A stretch of 63,209 bases of DNA, filler included, from Reclinomonas americana ATCC 50394 (GCA_048213135.1; 27 parts of 27 records of this genome joined end to end with filler, not necessarily neighbours in it); one strand, 5' to 3'; counted from the whole stretch's first letter, positions 34,641 through 46,895 are shown. Numbers and translations are program-made. The notes: generated from the letters alone by a model not told the origin.

Positions 34641-35063
34641 TTACGACGCCCCCCAGCCCCTCAGCTTGGCGATGCAGCGGTTGAAGACCGCGAGCTCGTC
34701 CGGCGTGAGTGCGGAGAGGAAGTCGCGTTCCATCACCTCGCCGAGCCGGTCGGCCTCCTGCCTGACGCTCTCGCCCTTCGCTGTCAGGCGCAGCGCCACG
34801 CGCCGCGCATCGGCGTTTTCGAGATCGCGCCGGATATAGCCCTCGGCAATGAGCTTGCGCAGATGCTTGGAGACCAGCGTCTGCTCGATGAAGCTGGCCT
34901 CCGACAGTGCCTTGGACGAGAGGCCGGGCCGGTCGCCGATCGTCCTGATCACCCGCAATTCGCGAATGTTCAGGCCGAGTTTCTCCTTGTAGACCCGCGA
35001 GGCGCGCGCCATCGCGGTCTGGTTGACCTGGTCGATCCGGAAGGTCAGGAACGATTCGGGCAG
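34641..35063 (-). CDS. MarR-family regulator
   Basis: VSKHLRKL...GYI.R....DARRV.LRLT.KG; start at CTG 35063 or ATG 35012. Confidence 0.88.
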   Translation of the reverse strand: MPESFLTFRIDQVNQTAMARASRVYKEKLGLNIRELRVIRTIGDRPGLSSKALSEASFIEQTLVSKHLRKLIAEGYIRRDLENADARRVALRLTAKGESVRQEADRLGEVMERDFLSALTPDELAVFNRCIAKLRGWGAS

Positions 35064-35120
35064 GTCGAGCCTCCTTCTCGTACTGGCTGCGCCAGTCCTA
35101 GCCGACTTCGCAGGCCCGGC

Positions 35121-35762
35121 TCAACGCCGGGCCTCGCCGCGATCGGCTTGCCAGAGCGCGAGCAGCGCCAGGCCCGTGCAGGCGAGCAGGTAATAGGACG
35201 GCAACAGGTCCGATCCCGTCTTGGCCACCAGCCAGGTCAGGGTGAAGGGCGCGAGCCCGCCGAACAGCAGCACCACCATGTTGTAGGCGATCGACATGCC
35301 GGTCGAGCGGACGGTGGTCGGAAACATTCCGGCCAGCAGCCCCGGCGTCGGCGCCCAAATCGCCGCGATCGGCAAAGCGCAGATCGCCTGCACGATCAGG
35401 AGACGCTCGAAGCTCGGTACCGCCACGACATAGGACAGCAGCGGATAGGACAGCAGCGCGAAGGCGAGCATACCGCAGAGCCAGACACGGCGCGGGTTCC
35501 AGCGATCGGCGAGCTGGCCCATGATCGGCACGAAGATGAAGAGCAGGATGCCGCCGATCAACGAGCTCAGCATCGCGCTGGTGAAGGGTAGCTTCAATTG
35601 CCGCACGACATAGCCCGGCAGGAAGATGAACCAGACATAGTTCGAGGCGGTGCCGGGGATCATGATGGCGCAGCTGCGCAGCAGGGCGCTGCGATGCTCG
35701 GCCAGCACGGTCAGGAACGGCGTCTGCTTGACCTTCGGGCCGCTGTCCTTCTCGTATTCCGG
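35121..35762 (-). CDS. MFS transporter (MHS/ProP-like), partial
   Basis: GQLADRW, MFPTTVRSTGMSIAYN...FGG.AP. Confidence 0.9.
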   Translation of the reverse strand, partial: PEYEKDSGPKVKQTPFLTVLAEHRSALLRSCAIMIPGTASNYVWFIFLPGYVVRQLKLPFTSAMLSSLIGGILLFIFVPIMGQLADRWNPRRVWLCGMLAFALLSYPLLSYVVAVPSFERLLIVQAICALPIAAIWAPTPGLLAGMFPTTVRSTGMSIAYNMVVLLFGGLAPFTLTWLVAKTGSDLLPSYYLLACTGLALLALWQADRGEARR

Positions 35763-35862
35763 NNNNNNNNNNNNNNNNNNNNNNNNNNNNNNNNNNNNNN
35801 NNNNNNTTAATTAATTAANNNNNNNNNNNNNNNNNNNNNNNNNNNNNNNNNNNNNNNNNNNN

Positions 35863-36999
35863 GTGCCTTGCAGCGTCTGGACGATCTGGTTGCCGCGCTC
35901 GTCGAGCAGGGTGATCAGGCCGGTGCCCTTGCTGTCGAACAGGGCGCGCAGTTCCTCGGTGCGATCGCCGAGCGAACCGGCGATCGAATCGGCGGTGCCC
36001 TGCAGGGTCAGCGCGATCTGGCTGCCGCGCGCGTCGAGCGTGCCGGAGACCGTGTCGAGCCGGTTGACGACGCGCTCCTCGAACCGCGCCACGCTCTGGT
36101 CGAGCGTGTCGGCGATCTGCAGGGCGCGCCCGCCCAGCGTCGCATTGATGCTGTCGGCTTTCTCGGCAAGCGTCTGCGTCAGCGCCTCGCTCTTCGTGGT
36201 GACGATCTCGCCGATCTCGTCGGCCTTGGCGGTGAGGGCACGGGTGACCTCGCGCCCGCCCTCGGCCATGACACGGGCGATGTCGACCGTGCGCTCGACC
36301 AGCGCCTCGTTGAGCGCCGTGGCGCGCGAACCGAGATTGCCGTCGATGCGGGCGATGAGCCCGTCGAGCGAGCTTGCGATCTCGGCGCTCTTGGCGCTGG
36401 AACGCTCCTCGAAGATCTTGATCTGCGTCTCCATGGCGGCGGCCGCTTCCTGCGTGCGGGCCATCATGGTCTCGGCGGCGTGCTGCGAGCGCTCGCCGAT
36501 CCGCTCGGCCAGCGCCTGGCCTTCCTCGCCGAGCAGCTTCTCGACCTGACCGAGGCGCAGCGTCACCGAATCGGTGAAGGAGCGGGCGTCGTTGCCGAGC
36601 TTGGCGGCGAGCGTGCCGCCGCGGGTGACGATGATCTCCTCGAAGGCGCCGAGGCGGGCGCCGATCGTGGCTTCGATCTCGCGGCCCTGGACGTCGAAGA
36701 GGCGGTTCAGCGCGTCATGCTTACTGGCGAGCGACTCGTTGAGCGCCTGCGAGCGGGCATCGACCGAGCGCAGCAGCGACTCGGCATTGGCGGCGAGCGC
36801 CTGGTTGACGCGTCCGCCCTGCTGGGTGAGGGCGACGACCTCATCCTTGCCGGTCGCGGCGAGCAGGCTGCTGGCGCGCTCGGCCTCGGTGGTGAAAGTG
36901 CCGCGCAGCGCGTCCGCGGCTTCCGAAACGCGGTCGGCAATCTCGCGCCCGTCGACATTGATCGCATCGGAGAGAGCCTTGGTCGCCTCGCCGAGGCGG
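35863..36999 (-). CDS. Large apolipoprotein-like helical-repeat protein (GPR/RgsE-like), internal fragment
   Basis: Stop-free Ala/Glu/Arg/Thr amphipathic repeats of about 11/22 aa. Confidence 0.65.
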
Positions 37000-38161
37000 N
37001 NNNNNNNNNNNNNNNNNNNNNNNNNNNNNNNNNNNNNNNNNNNTTAATTAATTAANNNNNNNNNNNNNNNNNNNNNNNNNNNNNNNNNNNNNNNNNNNNT
37101 AACAATAGTTCATATATAGAATCTCATCATCGAAGAAGCAAACACATGATCAAACCAGAAAAAAAAGATGGAAAGAAAAACAATGAGGACAGAAATGACA
37201 GCTTTTCAAATTCAACATCTGCATGAAATCCATGCTCTTTGTAAGTGCCAGAATCAAACCAAAAAGAAACGTAACAGAGATGACGATTTCTTTTCGGATT
37301 TCACCGTCACGAAATCAAGATCAGAACGATTCATAAATTCTCGTACAATAAGGCAGCCTCAGTCATTTCATACTTTTTTGGCACTGAAAACGTGATTTCT
37401 TGGCTTCAAAGTGTTCACTCAGCGTGGTGATCACCAGGTAACATTGGTGCAAACACACACGCGAGGAACCTGCTGCTGCCGCCACAAGACTGGCGCCTGT
37501 GTTGATGATTTGGATATGGTTGAAATCGGCCATCAACGCGGCTGATGCTTGCTTGTTGGTGAATGAATTTGTTGTTGTTGGAATAGAAAAAAATACTGGT
37601 CAATGTGCTACTCAAACACGCATCAAATCGTTCTGTTTTGTTGTCCGCGAAATTGTGCACCATCAACTGCAAAGATAGTTGAAAACAGGGGAGTTGGAAA
37701 GGAAACTAAACACAAGAATGATTTGGAAACGGAGAGCAGCGGAAACGTACATCGACATGTTTGAAAAAAAACAATAGTCAAGGAACAGAGCATCAAAGAC
37801 GGAAACTGATGCAACAGAGTGACGAGCGAGACGAAAATAAGCAGCAAACAGGTACTCAAAAGTAAAATCTATAGCCAGGAAAGAAACCGGACATGGAACA
37901 AACCGAACGAAACAATACTGGACGAAGGGGTCTCCACACACATCAAATCGTCATGACAAACACAGAATCTCGAAGCACGTGCATTTCTGCAAAGGATTCG
38001 AACATCAGAAACGGACGGCAAAAAACACGAGAAAGCACCAGGAGGAGACACAATGGCAGCTGCTCATAGACCACGGAAACACACGACAAGGCCGAACAAG
38101 GGCACAAAAACTCACGCACCTACACAAAACACAATCAATTGCATCTAACAAACAGATTATG

Positions 38162-39031
38162 AGTAGTAGTAGTAGTAGTAGTAGTACATTGTCGTGACGC
38201 TTTCTCCTAGTATCTGGCGGAGGGGGAGACTTCCTCTCAACTCCTCCACGCCTCCCCTAGGAGAGAGGCCTTATCGCCAGAAAGCGTGGGAAGTAAAATA
38301 CTGCACATTAAAGCTCTTCCGCAAAACTAAGACACTGAGAAAAAAAAATCTGATTCATCTGCGTCTTCTAGAGACGCAGACTACATCGACGGCGAGACGT
38401 AAGGGTCCCGCCCCCAGACTTAGAAAAGGGCAAATGAAAAGTATGAGCTAACCACACGCCGTACCCGCGGTGTGGCGGCGGGGCGACTAGCTGCACCCCG
38501 CCTTCGCTGTACATACCGCCCTGGTGTCTGTGGTTCCGGTCGGGCCTACACCCCGACCGAGTAACACAGTAAAAAAAACAGTGTCCGGCTGGGTCAAAGA
38601 TCTGTTGCCGGCAAGATCGACCTCATAGGCTCAAGGGTACGGCGAAGGCGACAGTCAAAACCCACTGCCCTGCACGGAGCGGCTGCTCTCTGGTTTACAC
38701 CCACGACTTCGCGAGTGCATATCCCGTAGACTTGGCACATAGGGCGGTCTTTGGTTGTTGTTGCAAAGAGAGCTCCCTCGTTACCGAACCGCCGTCGCTC
38801 GAGAGTAAAGGCGACCAGCAAGCCTACTCGAGCCGTTCAGCAGCGAGTTGTCATTACCCCTCCCCGAGGTGTAGTGACAGTGGAGAAGTGGGGAATGGGG
38901 GGAGAGAGGGGGGAGGGGGAGAGAAGGGGGAGGGGGGAGAAGGGGGAGGGAGGGGGGAGAAGGGGGTGAGTAAACAAGAATGGGATTGACACAAGTGTGA
39001 GAGGTGGCGTAAGTGGGGGCGCGTGATGGGG
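38162..39031 (-). mobile_element. 3' end of a LINE copy with (TAC)n tail
   Basis: 38452-39031 is nearly identical to 39132-~39712 of the RT contig; ends in (AGT)8 next to an unrelated AT-rich flank. Confidence 0.75.
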
Positions 39032-40624
39032 NNNNNNNNNNNNNNNNNNNNNNNNNNNNNNNNNNNNNNNNNNNNTTAATTAATTAANNNNNNNNNNNNN
39101 NNNNNNNNNNNNNNNNNNNNNNNNNNNNNNNCCACACGCCGTACCCGCGGTGTGGCGGCGGGGCGACTAGCTGCACCCCGCCTTCGCTGTACATACCGCC
39201 CTGGTGTCTGTGGTTCCGGTCGGGCCTACACCCCGACCGAGTAACACAGTAAAAAAAAACAGTGTCCGGCTGGGTCAAAGATCTGTTGCCGGCAAGATCG
39301 ACCTCATAGGCTCAAGGGTACGGCGAAGGCGACAGTCAAAACCCACTGCCCTGCACGGAGCGGCTGCTCTCTGGTTTACACCCACGACTTCGCGAGTGCA
39401 TATCCCGTAGACTTGGCACATAGGGCGGTCATTGGTTGTTGTTGCAAAGAGAACTCCCTCGTAACCGAACCGCCGTCGCTCGAGAGTAAAGGCGACCAGC
39501 AAGCCTACTCGAGCCGTTCAGCAGCGAGTTGTCACTACACCTCCCCGAGGTGTAGTGACAGTGGAGGGGTGGGGAATGGGGGGGGGAGGGGAGAGGGGGA
39601 GAGAGGGGGGAGAGGGGGGAGAAGGGGGAGGGAGGGGGGAGAAGGGGGTGAGTAAACAAGAATGGGATTGACACAAGTGCGAGAGGCGGCGTAAGTGGGG
39701 GCGCGTGGTGGGGGGCGACGGTGAAAACAGTCGCTCCACCCATACGGCCATTGTTGATGATGATGGTGATGATGATGATGATGATGATGATGGTGATGGT
39801 GGTGGTGATGGTGGAGGGGTGTTGTTGCAGATGGTGACAGTTGATGTTGATGTTGATGATGAATGTTACCAGTGTTGATGGTGGGCGGTGTCGATGGTGG
39901 GGCGGCTGGATTGTGGTACACCACGTGGACCTTGTCAGTGGTGGTGGTGAAGTTGATGTGCCGACGAGGGTGGCGACGAAAGCGCAGTACTGCACAGCAG
40001 GTAGTACAGCAGGGGGTTGCCCCGACATCGGTGTAGCCGCAGCGCTGGTAGAGACGTTGGTTGTGGTGGCAGACATCTGCCGACGAGCGTCACCGTTGAT
40101 GCTGTTGTTGAATTCGGAGAGCGGGTGATGACGGCCAAGCGTGGGTGTTGGTGTCCGCGCTGGCGGTGGTGATTGGTGTCTGGCGTCTACATACGCCGCA
40201 TCGTGTCGACAGCGTCGCCGATTTGACCAGGGGTGGGTGGTGATGAAAGTTGCGCAGTCGTAGTTGGAGGGAGCATGCATGTAGTTGGTGTCGGTGAGGG
40301 GGTGATGGAGTCGTTGTGGGTGTGGGCGGGAGGAGGTCCACACTGATGTTGTACATGTGGTTGTCGAGGTTGGGGGGCACTGTTGTTGTTGTTGTTGGCG
40401 AAGTGAGGGCAGGAGGGGGTGTTGGTGGCTGCCACTCGTCGGAGGTAGCTATAGCGCGCCACTGGCAGTTGCAGTCATCATCGGTGATGAGATGTCGACG
40501 TCGTGGTGGTGGAGGTCGTGGTGGTGGAGGTTGAAGGTGGGTATTGTTGATGCGGTTCCGTGAGGAGGAGGGTGAACATGTCTGCTGATGCCATCGTTGA
40601 TGTTGTTGCTGTTGATTGATTGAT

Positions 40625-40725
40625 TGTTGTTGTTGTTGTTGCTGCTGTTGCTGCTGTTGTTGCTGCTGTTGTTGTTGTTGTTGTTGTTGCTGTTGTTGTT
40701 GTTGTTGTTGTCTTTGTTGTTGTTG
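40625..40725. repeat. (GTT/GCT)n trinucleotide tract in the LINE 3' region
   Basis: Seen directly. Confidence 0.9.
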
Positions 40726-40872
40726 GTGGCGCGCGGTGGCGGTGGTGTTGGCTCCATGTATGCTCAAAGCCCTCTACCACTGGCGGGGTCGCAGCACAAG
40801 CGTGTCTTCCACTCGCATCGACAGTGAGGGAGGCATTGGTGTGGAGTAGAATAACAACAACAATGTTGCATT

Positions 40873-42958
40873 TTATTCACACCCGTTACCATTCGCCTCG
40901 TCTACCATCTCAGGGGCGGCACCGGCGGCCTCCTGGTGCTGCAGGCGGCGCTTGAGAGCATCTCGCAGTCTGTTGCGGAAATGCAAGGGAGTCGTTCGCC
41001 ACGCCAGCGTGTGGTGGGACATTAGTTCCTCCCGCGCTGGGATGACATGGCCGAACCAACTGGCGACGGCCTTGACAAGGTTGCTGTTGCAGGGCGGAGA
41101 GGCGAGCGAAACGTGCCGTGTGTGCGGGGTGCCGGGGTGGAGAGTGACGATGCCGCCGAGAACAAAGGTGACCACTTGCTCCGGCAGCGCTGGTGTGTCC
41201 GTGCCGAGTACGCGTGTGACCAGGTCAGGGAGACTCGGTTCCGTACAGCCGTGGCTCCGCGTCAGTGTTGTCCAGTGCGGACAGTAGAGCAGGTGCGTCA
41301 ACGATTCGCCGCCGTCGAGAGCCTGCATGCACGCTGGGCATACGCCGTAGAGTGTCGGTTGCAGCATGTCGGCGTGGACGAGTTGGTTCGCAAACCATAA
41401 GTCGCTCAGTCGGGCTCTGTTCCACTGGAGCACCGCGTCGTTGTTGATTCGGGGGGAGAGTGACAGTATGCGGCGGAGGGCCCGGGCGGGTGCCACCTCG
41501 TCCTGCCGTCTAGCCAGGTAACGCGAAAGAGACGTGCTGTGGAGCAGGTGCCTCTCGCGGTCCGCCAAGAATGCGTCAACCGCGTCCACCATGTCGTCGA
41601 GCAGTCTCGTCCGTTCCTCGACCGCCGCTGGCGTCAGTCGGGGGTCGTGTATGTCACGAACAAAGTCGACAAGGCGGTTGAGGGCCGTTCTCGTGCGTTC
41701 GTTCGCCGTCGTGACCCAGTGCAGACACGCATGTGTCCACGTATTGTGCGGCGAGTTGGTGGTGAAGTTGCCAGTCCGAAGCGTGCTCTGTAGCAGATCT
41801 GCCAGCACCGTCTGCGACGAGAGGCCGCGTCGTATGAGCCGGACCATCGCACCAGTGAATCTCGAAAACAGAGTGCGTACGCCAAGCTCGGCACAGAGGG
41901 TGTCGAGGGCGGCGTGTTTCGTGCCAAGCAGTGTGTGGAAGGCGGCGCGCAGCTCCTTCACCAGTGCCGTGTCGTTGGTCAGTGACAGCTGACCTCCAAT
42001 CAGGGCTCCTCCGTAGTCGATGACCGAGAGCAGCAGCGCTTGAACCAATGTACAGCGCGTTTCCAACGGTGCAGAGTGGCTGCCAAGCAGGTCGGTAATC
42101 GCCCCGCGTGCCGCCCTTGTCCGCAATACCCGATCCGCCGTCAGGGTTCGCAGCGAGAGCGCAGAGTCGACACACAGGCCGAGGTAGGAGAACTTGACGA
42201 CAACCTCGAAACGTTGCGACTGGATCTCCAAGTGGCCGAACTCAGGCAGTTGCAAGTGGCGAGGCAGCGGGCGCGACATGCGTTCTCTGGCCACCGCGTA
42301 GACGTGTTCCTCTGACGGCCGTCGTTGACGACCGGCAAGCCGTCCGGGGACAAGCATGCCGACCGTCTTACGGTGATTGGCGGTGAAGCCGTTCAGCGTC
42401 AACATTGTGGAGAGCAGTGACAGAGCCCGTGACATGTTGGCTGCTGAGTCCGAGATCAAGGCGATGTCGTCGGCGTACAGCAGGAGCGCGAGGTGTCTGC
42501 GCAGTGCGGGGAAGAACGGGGCAACATCGTTCCAACACAGCGCCTCAGCACGGCGGCTGTTTCCGTCCACCGTCACCATCCATTTGCGCGTCGGCTGCAC
42601 AATATCGACCAGCGCCACTGAAAATAAGAGGGCCGAGAGCGCGCAACCTTGTAGCAGGCCTGACTTGATGTGGGGCCGCCACGTAGTGTCGTCCCCGGTT
42701 ACGTAGTGTCGGCCTCCAGCCGTCGCCATGACAACGAGCGGCTTGTCGTACAGAACCTCCCGAACGCAGACCGCCAGCGCGGCCAAGCGTGGGATGCCGA
42801 TCCACGTTAATTTCTCCCACAGTGCGGTGCGGCATACGTGGTCGAAGGCATTGGAGATGTCGACAAACGTCAGATACGTGTCCTCTCCGGCGAGTTGGCG
42901 TGAGCCGACCGCTTCGTACAACGTCGCACAGGCCATGGTCGTGTCGGTGGATGCTCAA
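40873..42958 (-). CDS. LINE ORF2: reverse transcriptase plus C-terminal CCHC knuckle, 5' partial
   Basis: FVDISNAFD, GLLQGCALS.LLF, YADD, KFSYLG, CPAC...ESLTHLLYC. Confidence 0.93.
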
Positions 42959-43119
42959 NNNNNNNNNNNNNNNNNNNNNNNNNNNNNNNNNNNNNNNNNN
43001 NNTTAATTAATTAANNNNNNNNNNNNNNNNNNNNNNNNNNNNNNNNNNNNNNNNNNNNGCGACGCGTGCCCTCTCGCCCAACCAACCAACAAAGTCGCTC
43101 AACATAACATAACATAACA

Positions 43120-43557
43120 ATGAGCGGCGGCCGTCGCTCTCGCAAGGTGACCAGTGAGAACCAGGCAGTGGAGAAGGTGTGTGTGTGTTGGTGTGAGTGC
43201 GTAAGTGTCGTTGGTGGGCTTTGTTTTGACGCAAGCGGGAAAGCAGCCGTGGAAGGAGGAGAGCTTTGGGCGGCCACTGGTGCCGTTCTACATGCCCACC
43301 TCTGAGGCACAGTGGGTGGTCAACGATGGACTGCAGCTGGCGCCGGGTGCTGCGGCGCGAGTGACCACTGAGGACCTGTTGGCGCGCATTCCTGTGCGAC
43401 AGTTTGTCGATGGCTACTTTGAGGATGCGAAGAGTGTGCCCGTGTATCAACAGCAACAGCAGCAGCAACAGGGCGGTGGTGGTGGAAGAGCAGGAGGCGG
43501 GAAGAAGCAGCAGCAGCAACAGCAGCAGCAGAGAAAGAGCAAGCCGCAGCACCAGCA

Positions 43558-43589
<32 letters not shown>

Positions 43590-44371
43590 CGCGAGGTGAC
43601 TTGTCTGCGAGTGCTGGTCAAGAGCAGCAGCTGGCGGCGCTGCAGGCGGTGACGGAGGAGGAGCTGCTGCGTGCGATTCTTCGCGCAGCTCAGCCGCATC
43701 ATCATCGTCAGCAACAGCAGCAACAGCACGACAAGAGCGGTCGGCGTGGCAATGCAGGCGCTGCTGCTGCTGCGTCGTCACGGTCGGCCACCACCACCAC
43801 CACCACCACCACCACCACATCAGTGGCGAAGTACGCGGGCGCAGACTTTTCACGGTCGCCGCAGCCGTCGTCCATCCCGCTGCCTGTCAATCTGTTGGAG
43901 AAGCGCCGACAACGGGCGGCCGCTGCGTCTGCCGCTGCCGCTCCTGCTCCCGCTCTCGTGGCGCCTCCTCGTGCAGCCCCCGCTCCTGTGGCACCGCCTC
44001 GTGCAGCTCCCACTCCTGTGGCGCCGCCGCCGCCGCCGCCCGCGGCGCAGTCACCGCCGTTGTTGACGTTGGTGGGTCCACGAGTGAACCCCACGACTCG
44101 CCTGGCGACCTCGGTGGCCCCCGCACCAGTGCCGGCACCGGTCAAGAGTGTCAACCCGCCTGCTACTGCTGCTGCTACTGCTACGCCTGCCGCACCACCG
44201 TCTGGCAATCTCCTGTCGCTGCTTTTCCAGACTCCCGCCCCCGCCCCCGCTCCCGTTGTGCCAGCGCCGCAGCCTGCGCCGATGGTTGCGGCGAGCATTC
44301 TGCCGCCGCCGCCGCCTCCGTCTGCCAACGTGGCGACGAACCACTTGAAGAATCTCCTCGGCATTCAGTAG
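43120..44371 (+). CDS. PNRC/Edc1-like low-complexity protein (decapping co-activator motif)
   Basis: KYAGADFSRSPQPSSIPLP and terminal ATNHLKNLLGIQ; poly-Q/P tracts; one predicted intron near 43177-43247. Confidence 0.7.
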
Positions 44372-44587
44372 TGCGCGGCCATGGCGCAGAAAAAAGTATG
44401 CCAGCAAAAAATGAACCAGCGTGTAATCATTTGCTCGCTTGCGCTGTTTAATAATCGTCGTCCACGACCGCATGGTGTGCAGCGCCTGGTCGGTCGGCGC
44501 CCAACACACTCGGTGTGTACAGACCGTCGGGGTCGAGTGACGGTTGCAGCCGTGATTGCGAGAGATCTGCAGAACGCCAATGTCAAA

Positions 44588-45919
44588 TCAACCACCACCG
44601 CCGCTGCCACGCGCAAGACGCACCATGCATTTCCACCGAGGTGACGGCCCAGCGCGCTCGTCCCTCGTCGTCCTCCTGCACCTCGACCGTAATGACGGCA
44701 AAGTTACCGTCCCTGTGCAACACGATGAGCAAACAATGGAGGTGTGTGGCTCGCACTCCTCCCCGATCGTCGTACGCAACAGCAGACTGCCGGGGTTGAC
44801 GACTTGGACGCGGCCAATCAGCGACGTGCCACGGCTGTTGTGCACATGTCCGTGAATGTTGGCAATAATGTTCTGCTGCGACGACGGCATGCCCAGAAAG
44901 TGTGACAGCGCAATGGAACCGGCGTTGATCGGCGGATCCACCACGCTGTCCACACTGGTGACCGATTCTGACGGCCCGAAGTGCGTCAGCAGCAGCACAC
45001 AGTCGTCCTCCTCAATCACACCCGAGCCGTCTCGCGGTGACGAGAACAACTCCGAGAGCAGCGGCTCGATCTGCTCCTCGTCCTGGAACGGGAAGCCCTC
45101 CCACTCGTCGTTGAGTGAGGGAATGGAACCACCGAGACCTGGAGCACAGTCAGCCGACAAAGAGAGAAGAGAGGTAGAGAGGGCAGTGAACGAACCGGCC
45201 ACCACCAGCCCGTCGGCCAGTCGATGCACAGCCAGGTGCACGTTCCTCGAGTACGGCGTCAAGCGCGGCGCTCTGCCATTCGACATGCGTACGGGGTGCC
45301 GTTTCGACGGACCCTCCATGCCGAGAAGGGTCCACGCGTCATGCTGCATGCATACAAAAGCAACGAGGTAAGCAAGCGCCGTGGCCAGTCAAGCTCACCA
45401 CCCGCACGCAACATTGCCGGGCACATAGACGACATTGGTGACAATGTTCTCCAGCTCCGACAAGACGCAGCTGGCATCGCCCTCGCCCGCATAAAACCGC
45501 TCAGGCACCAACTGATCGGCGGTGGTGAGCTCAGCCAGGTCGCCCGGGCAGATGATCATATCGATCCCGCCGGAGCCGAGCGCCTCATCGTCGCGCACAT
45601 CCATCTCATCAAACGACTCGTCGAGCCCCACCGGTGCCAGTAACCCAGACGAAGACGGCAGTGGCGCAGGAGGTGGAGGTGGAGGCGGAGGAGTCGATGG
45701 TGGCACAGCACCAGCGTCACCACTCATCGCCACATCATCATCATCACCGGCATTGGCATCGAGTCGTCGCTGCTGATGCTGCTTCTGCAGCTCCTGCTCG
45801 TAGGTGACCACCCAATCGCTCAGCTGGTGGATGCGCTCCAGTGCGTTGTGAATGTCGCTGGCCAGCAGAATGCGCAAGCAGCGCACGGGTGCACGTGGCC
45901 ACGTAAACGGTGCAGTCAT
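44588..45919 (-). CDS. Calcineurin-like metallophosphoesterase, multi-exon (3' end approximate)
   Basis: SDIH, PGDL, VPGN|HD (joined across an intron), LTH.GP, HGHVH, NPGSL. Confidence 0.88.
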
Positions 45920-46142
45920 TTTCTTCTCGTGGTCGTCGAAGATGAGACAACTCGTTGTGTCGGTCGATCGCGCGTGTGCGTGGGCACTGAAGAAGGAGAG
46001 GTGTGCGTGTGTGCGAGTACGTGTGTGTGCGCGCCTGTCAGTGCACAGAAGGGGCGTGATGTGCTCACACACAGCTTCTTCTTCCTATTCACTCATAACA
46101 TCGACTAACTGATTGGATGATGGTGGCACAGCACAGCGATGT

Positions 46143-46289
46143 TCACGCATTGCCTCTTGTTGCTGACGAGTCTGGTACCGGCGATGATGATGATGATGCA
46201 GCAGTTGCTGGCCAGTGCGGAGGCGGCTCTGTTCTCATTTCCCACACTGGATTGCTTGGTGGCTTGGTGTATCGATAGCGCAAGTCCTG

Positions 46290-46323
<34 letters not shown>

Positions 46324-46709
46324 CTGTCACTCGTCGTCCTGTGCAGGTGCTCTCCATCTCCTCACTCACCTGCTCTGACTTGGCGTCGCGGTTGTACTTG
46401 AGTTTCATGCAGTCGACCATATCACGCCACGCATGCCCGCAGTCGTCCACGCGACCAAAGCGATAGTAGCTGCGGAACTGATTGGCTGGAGCTGCATGCA
46501 AATGCAACAACGCTTGAGTGGCGCTTCATCGTGGGCCGTGTGCGGATGAGGGACGAAGTGTGAGAGTAACTGAAGCAGTACCACAACTCGTCCATGTACT
46601 CCCAGCACTTGAGTGGCGCTTGCGGTGGATCGCTGGGTGAGCGAGGTGGGTAATGGGCAGTCACCCACCGTGGCCCCGAGTGCATCGGCTTGTCGTCGCC
46701 CTCTGACAT
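46143..46709 (-). CDS. EMI1/DUF3128-like small Cys protein, 3 exons
   Basis: CWEYMDELWYCF|TPANQFRSYYRFG..DDC...W.DMVDC; last exon contains VWEMR.EPP. Confidence 0.75.
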
Positions 46710-46895
46710 GACTATGAAGACGAGGGACGGAGGACTTTGACTACCAAGGACGACGACGTTCGGCAAGGCTGCAGGGCTCAGGCTCTGTAGACCACTGTTT
46801 TCCCTTCCCCCTTCCCCGTCCGTGTAAGGACGCAAACTCTGGAGGAAACTGTGAAATCAAACAGCGCCGACAAAGTTGTAATATAAGCGTTCTTG

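Larger units (their letters stand above)
39132..42958 (-). mobile_element. Non-LTR retrotransposon (LINE), partial
   Basis: RT ORF followed by a long 3' region that is shared with another contig. Confidence 0.85.

Noticed and set aside
37100..38160. Genes in the AT-rich flank of the LINE end
   Set aside because: Only short ORFs without recognisable motifs.
38186..39031. Hammerhead or HDV ribozyme in the structured repeat
   Set aside because: I found no CTGANGA/GAAA core by eye, and the pseudoknot spacing does not fit the HDV P3/L3/P4 layout. A covariance search is needed to exclude it fully.
38452..39712. Apparent tandem direct repeat or LTR pair
   Set aside because: The copies are on different contigs separated by a linker, and the RT is non-LTR type.
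39429..40955. Poly-Q, poly-H, poly-C and poly-L ORFs
   Set aside because: Products of trinucleotide tracts that are open in several frames; no domain evidence.
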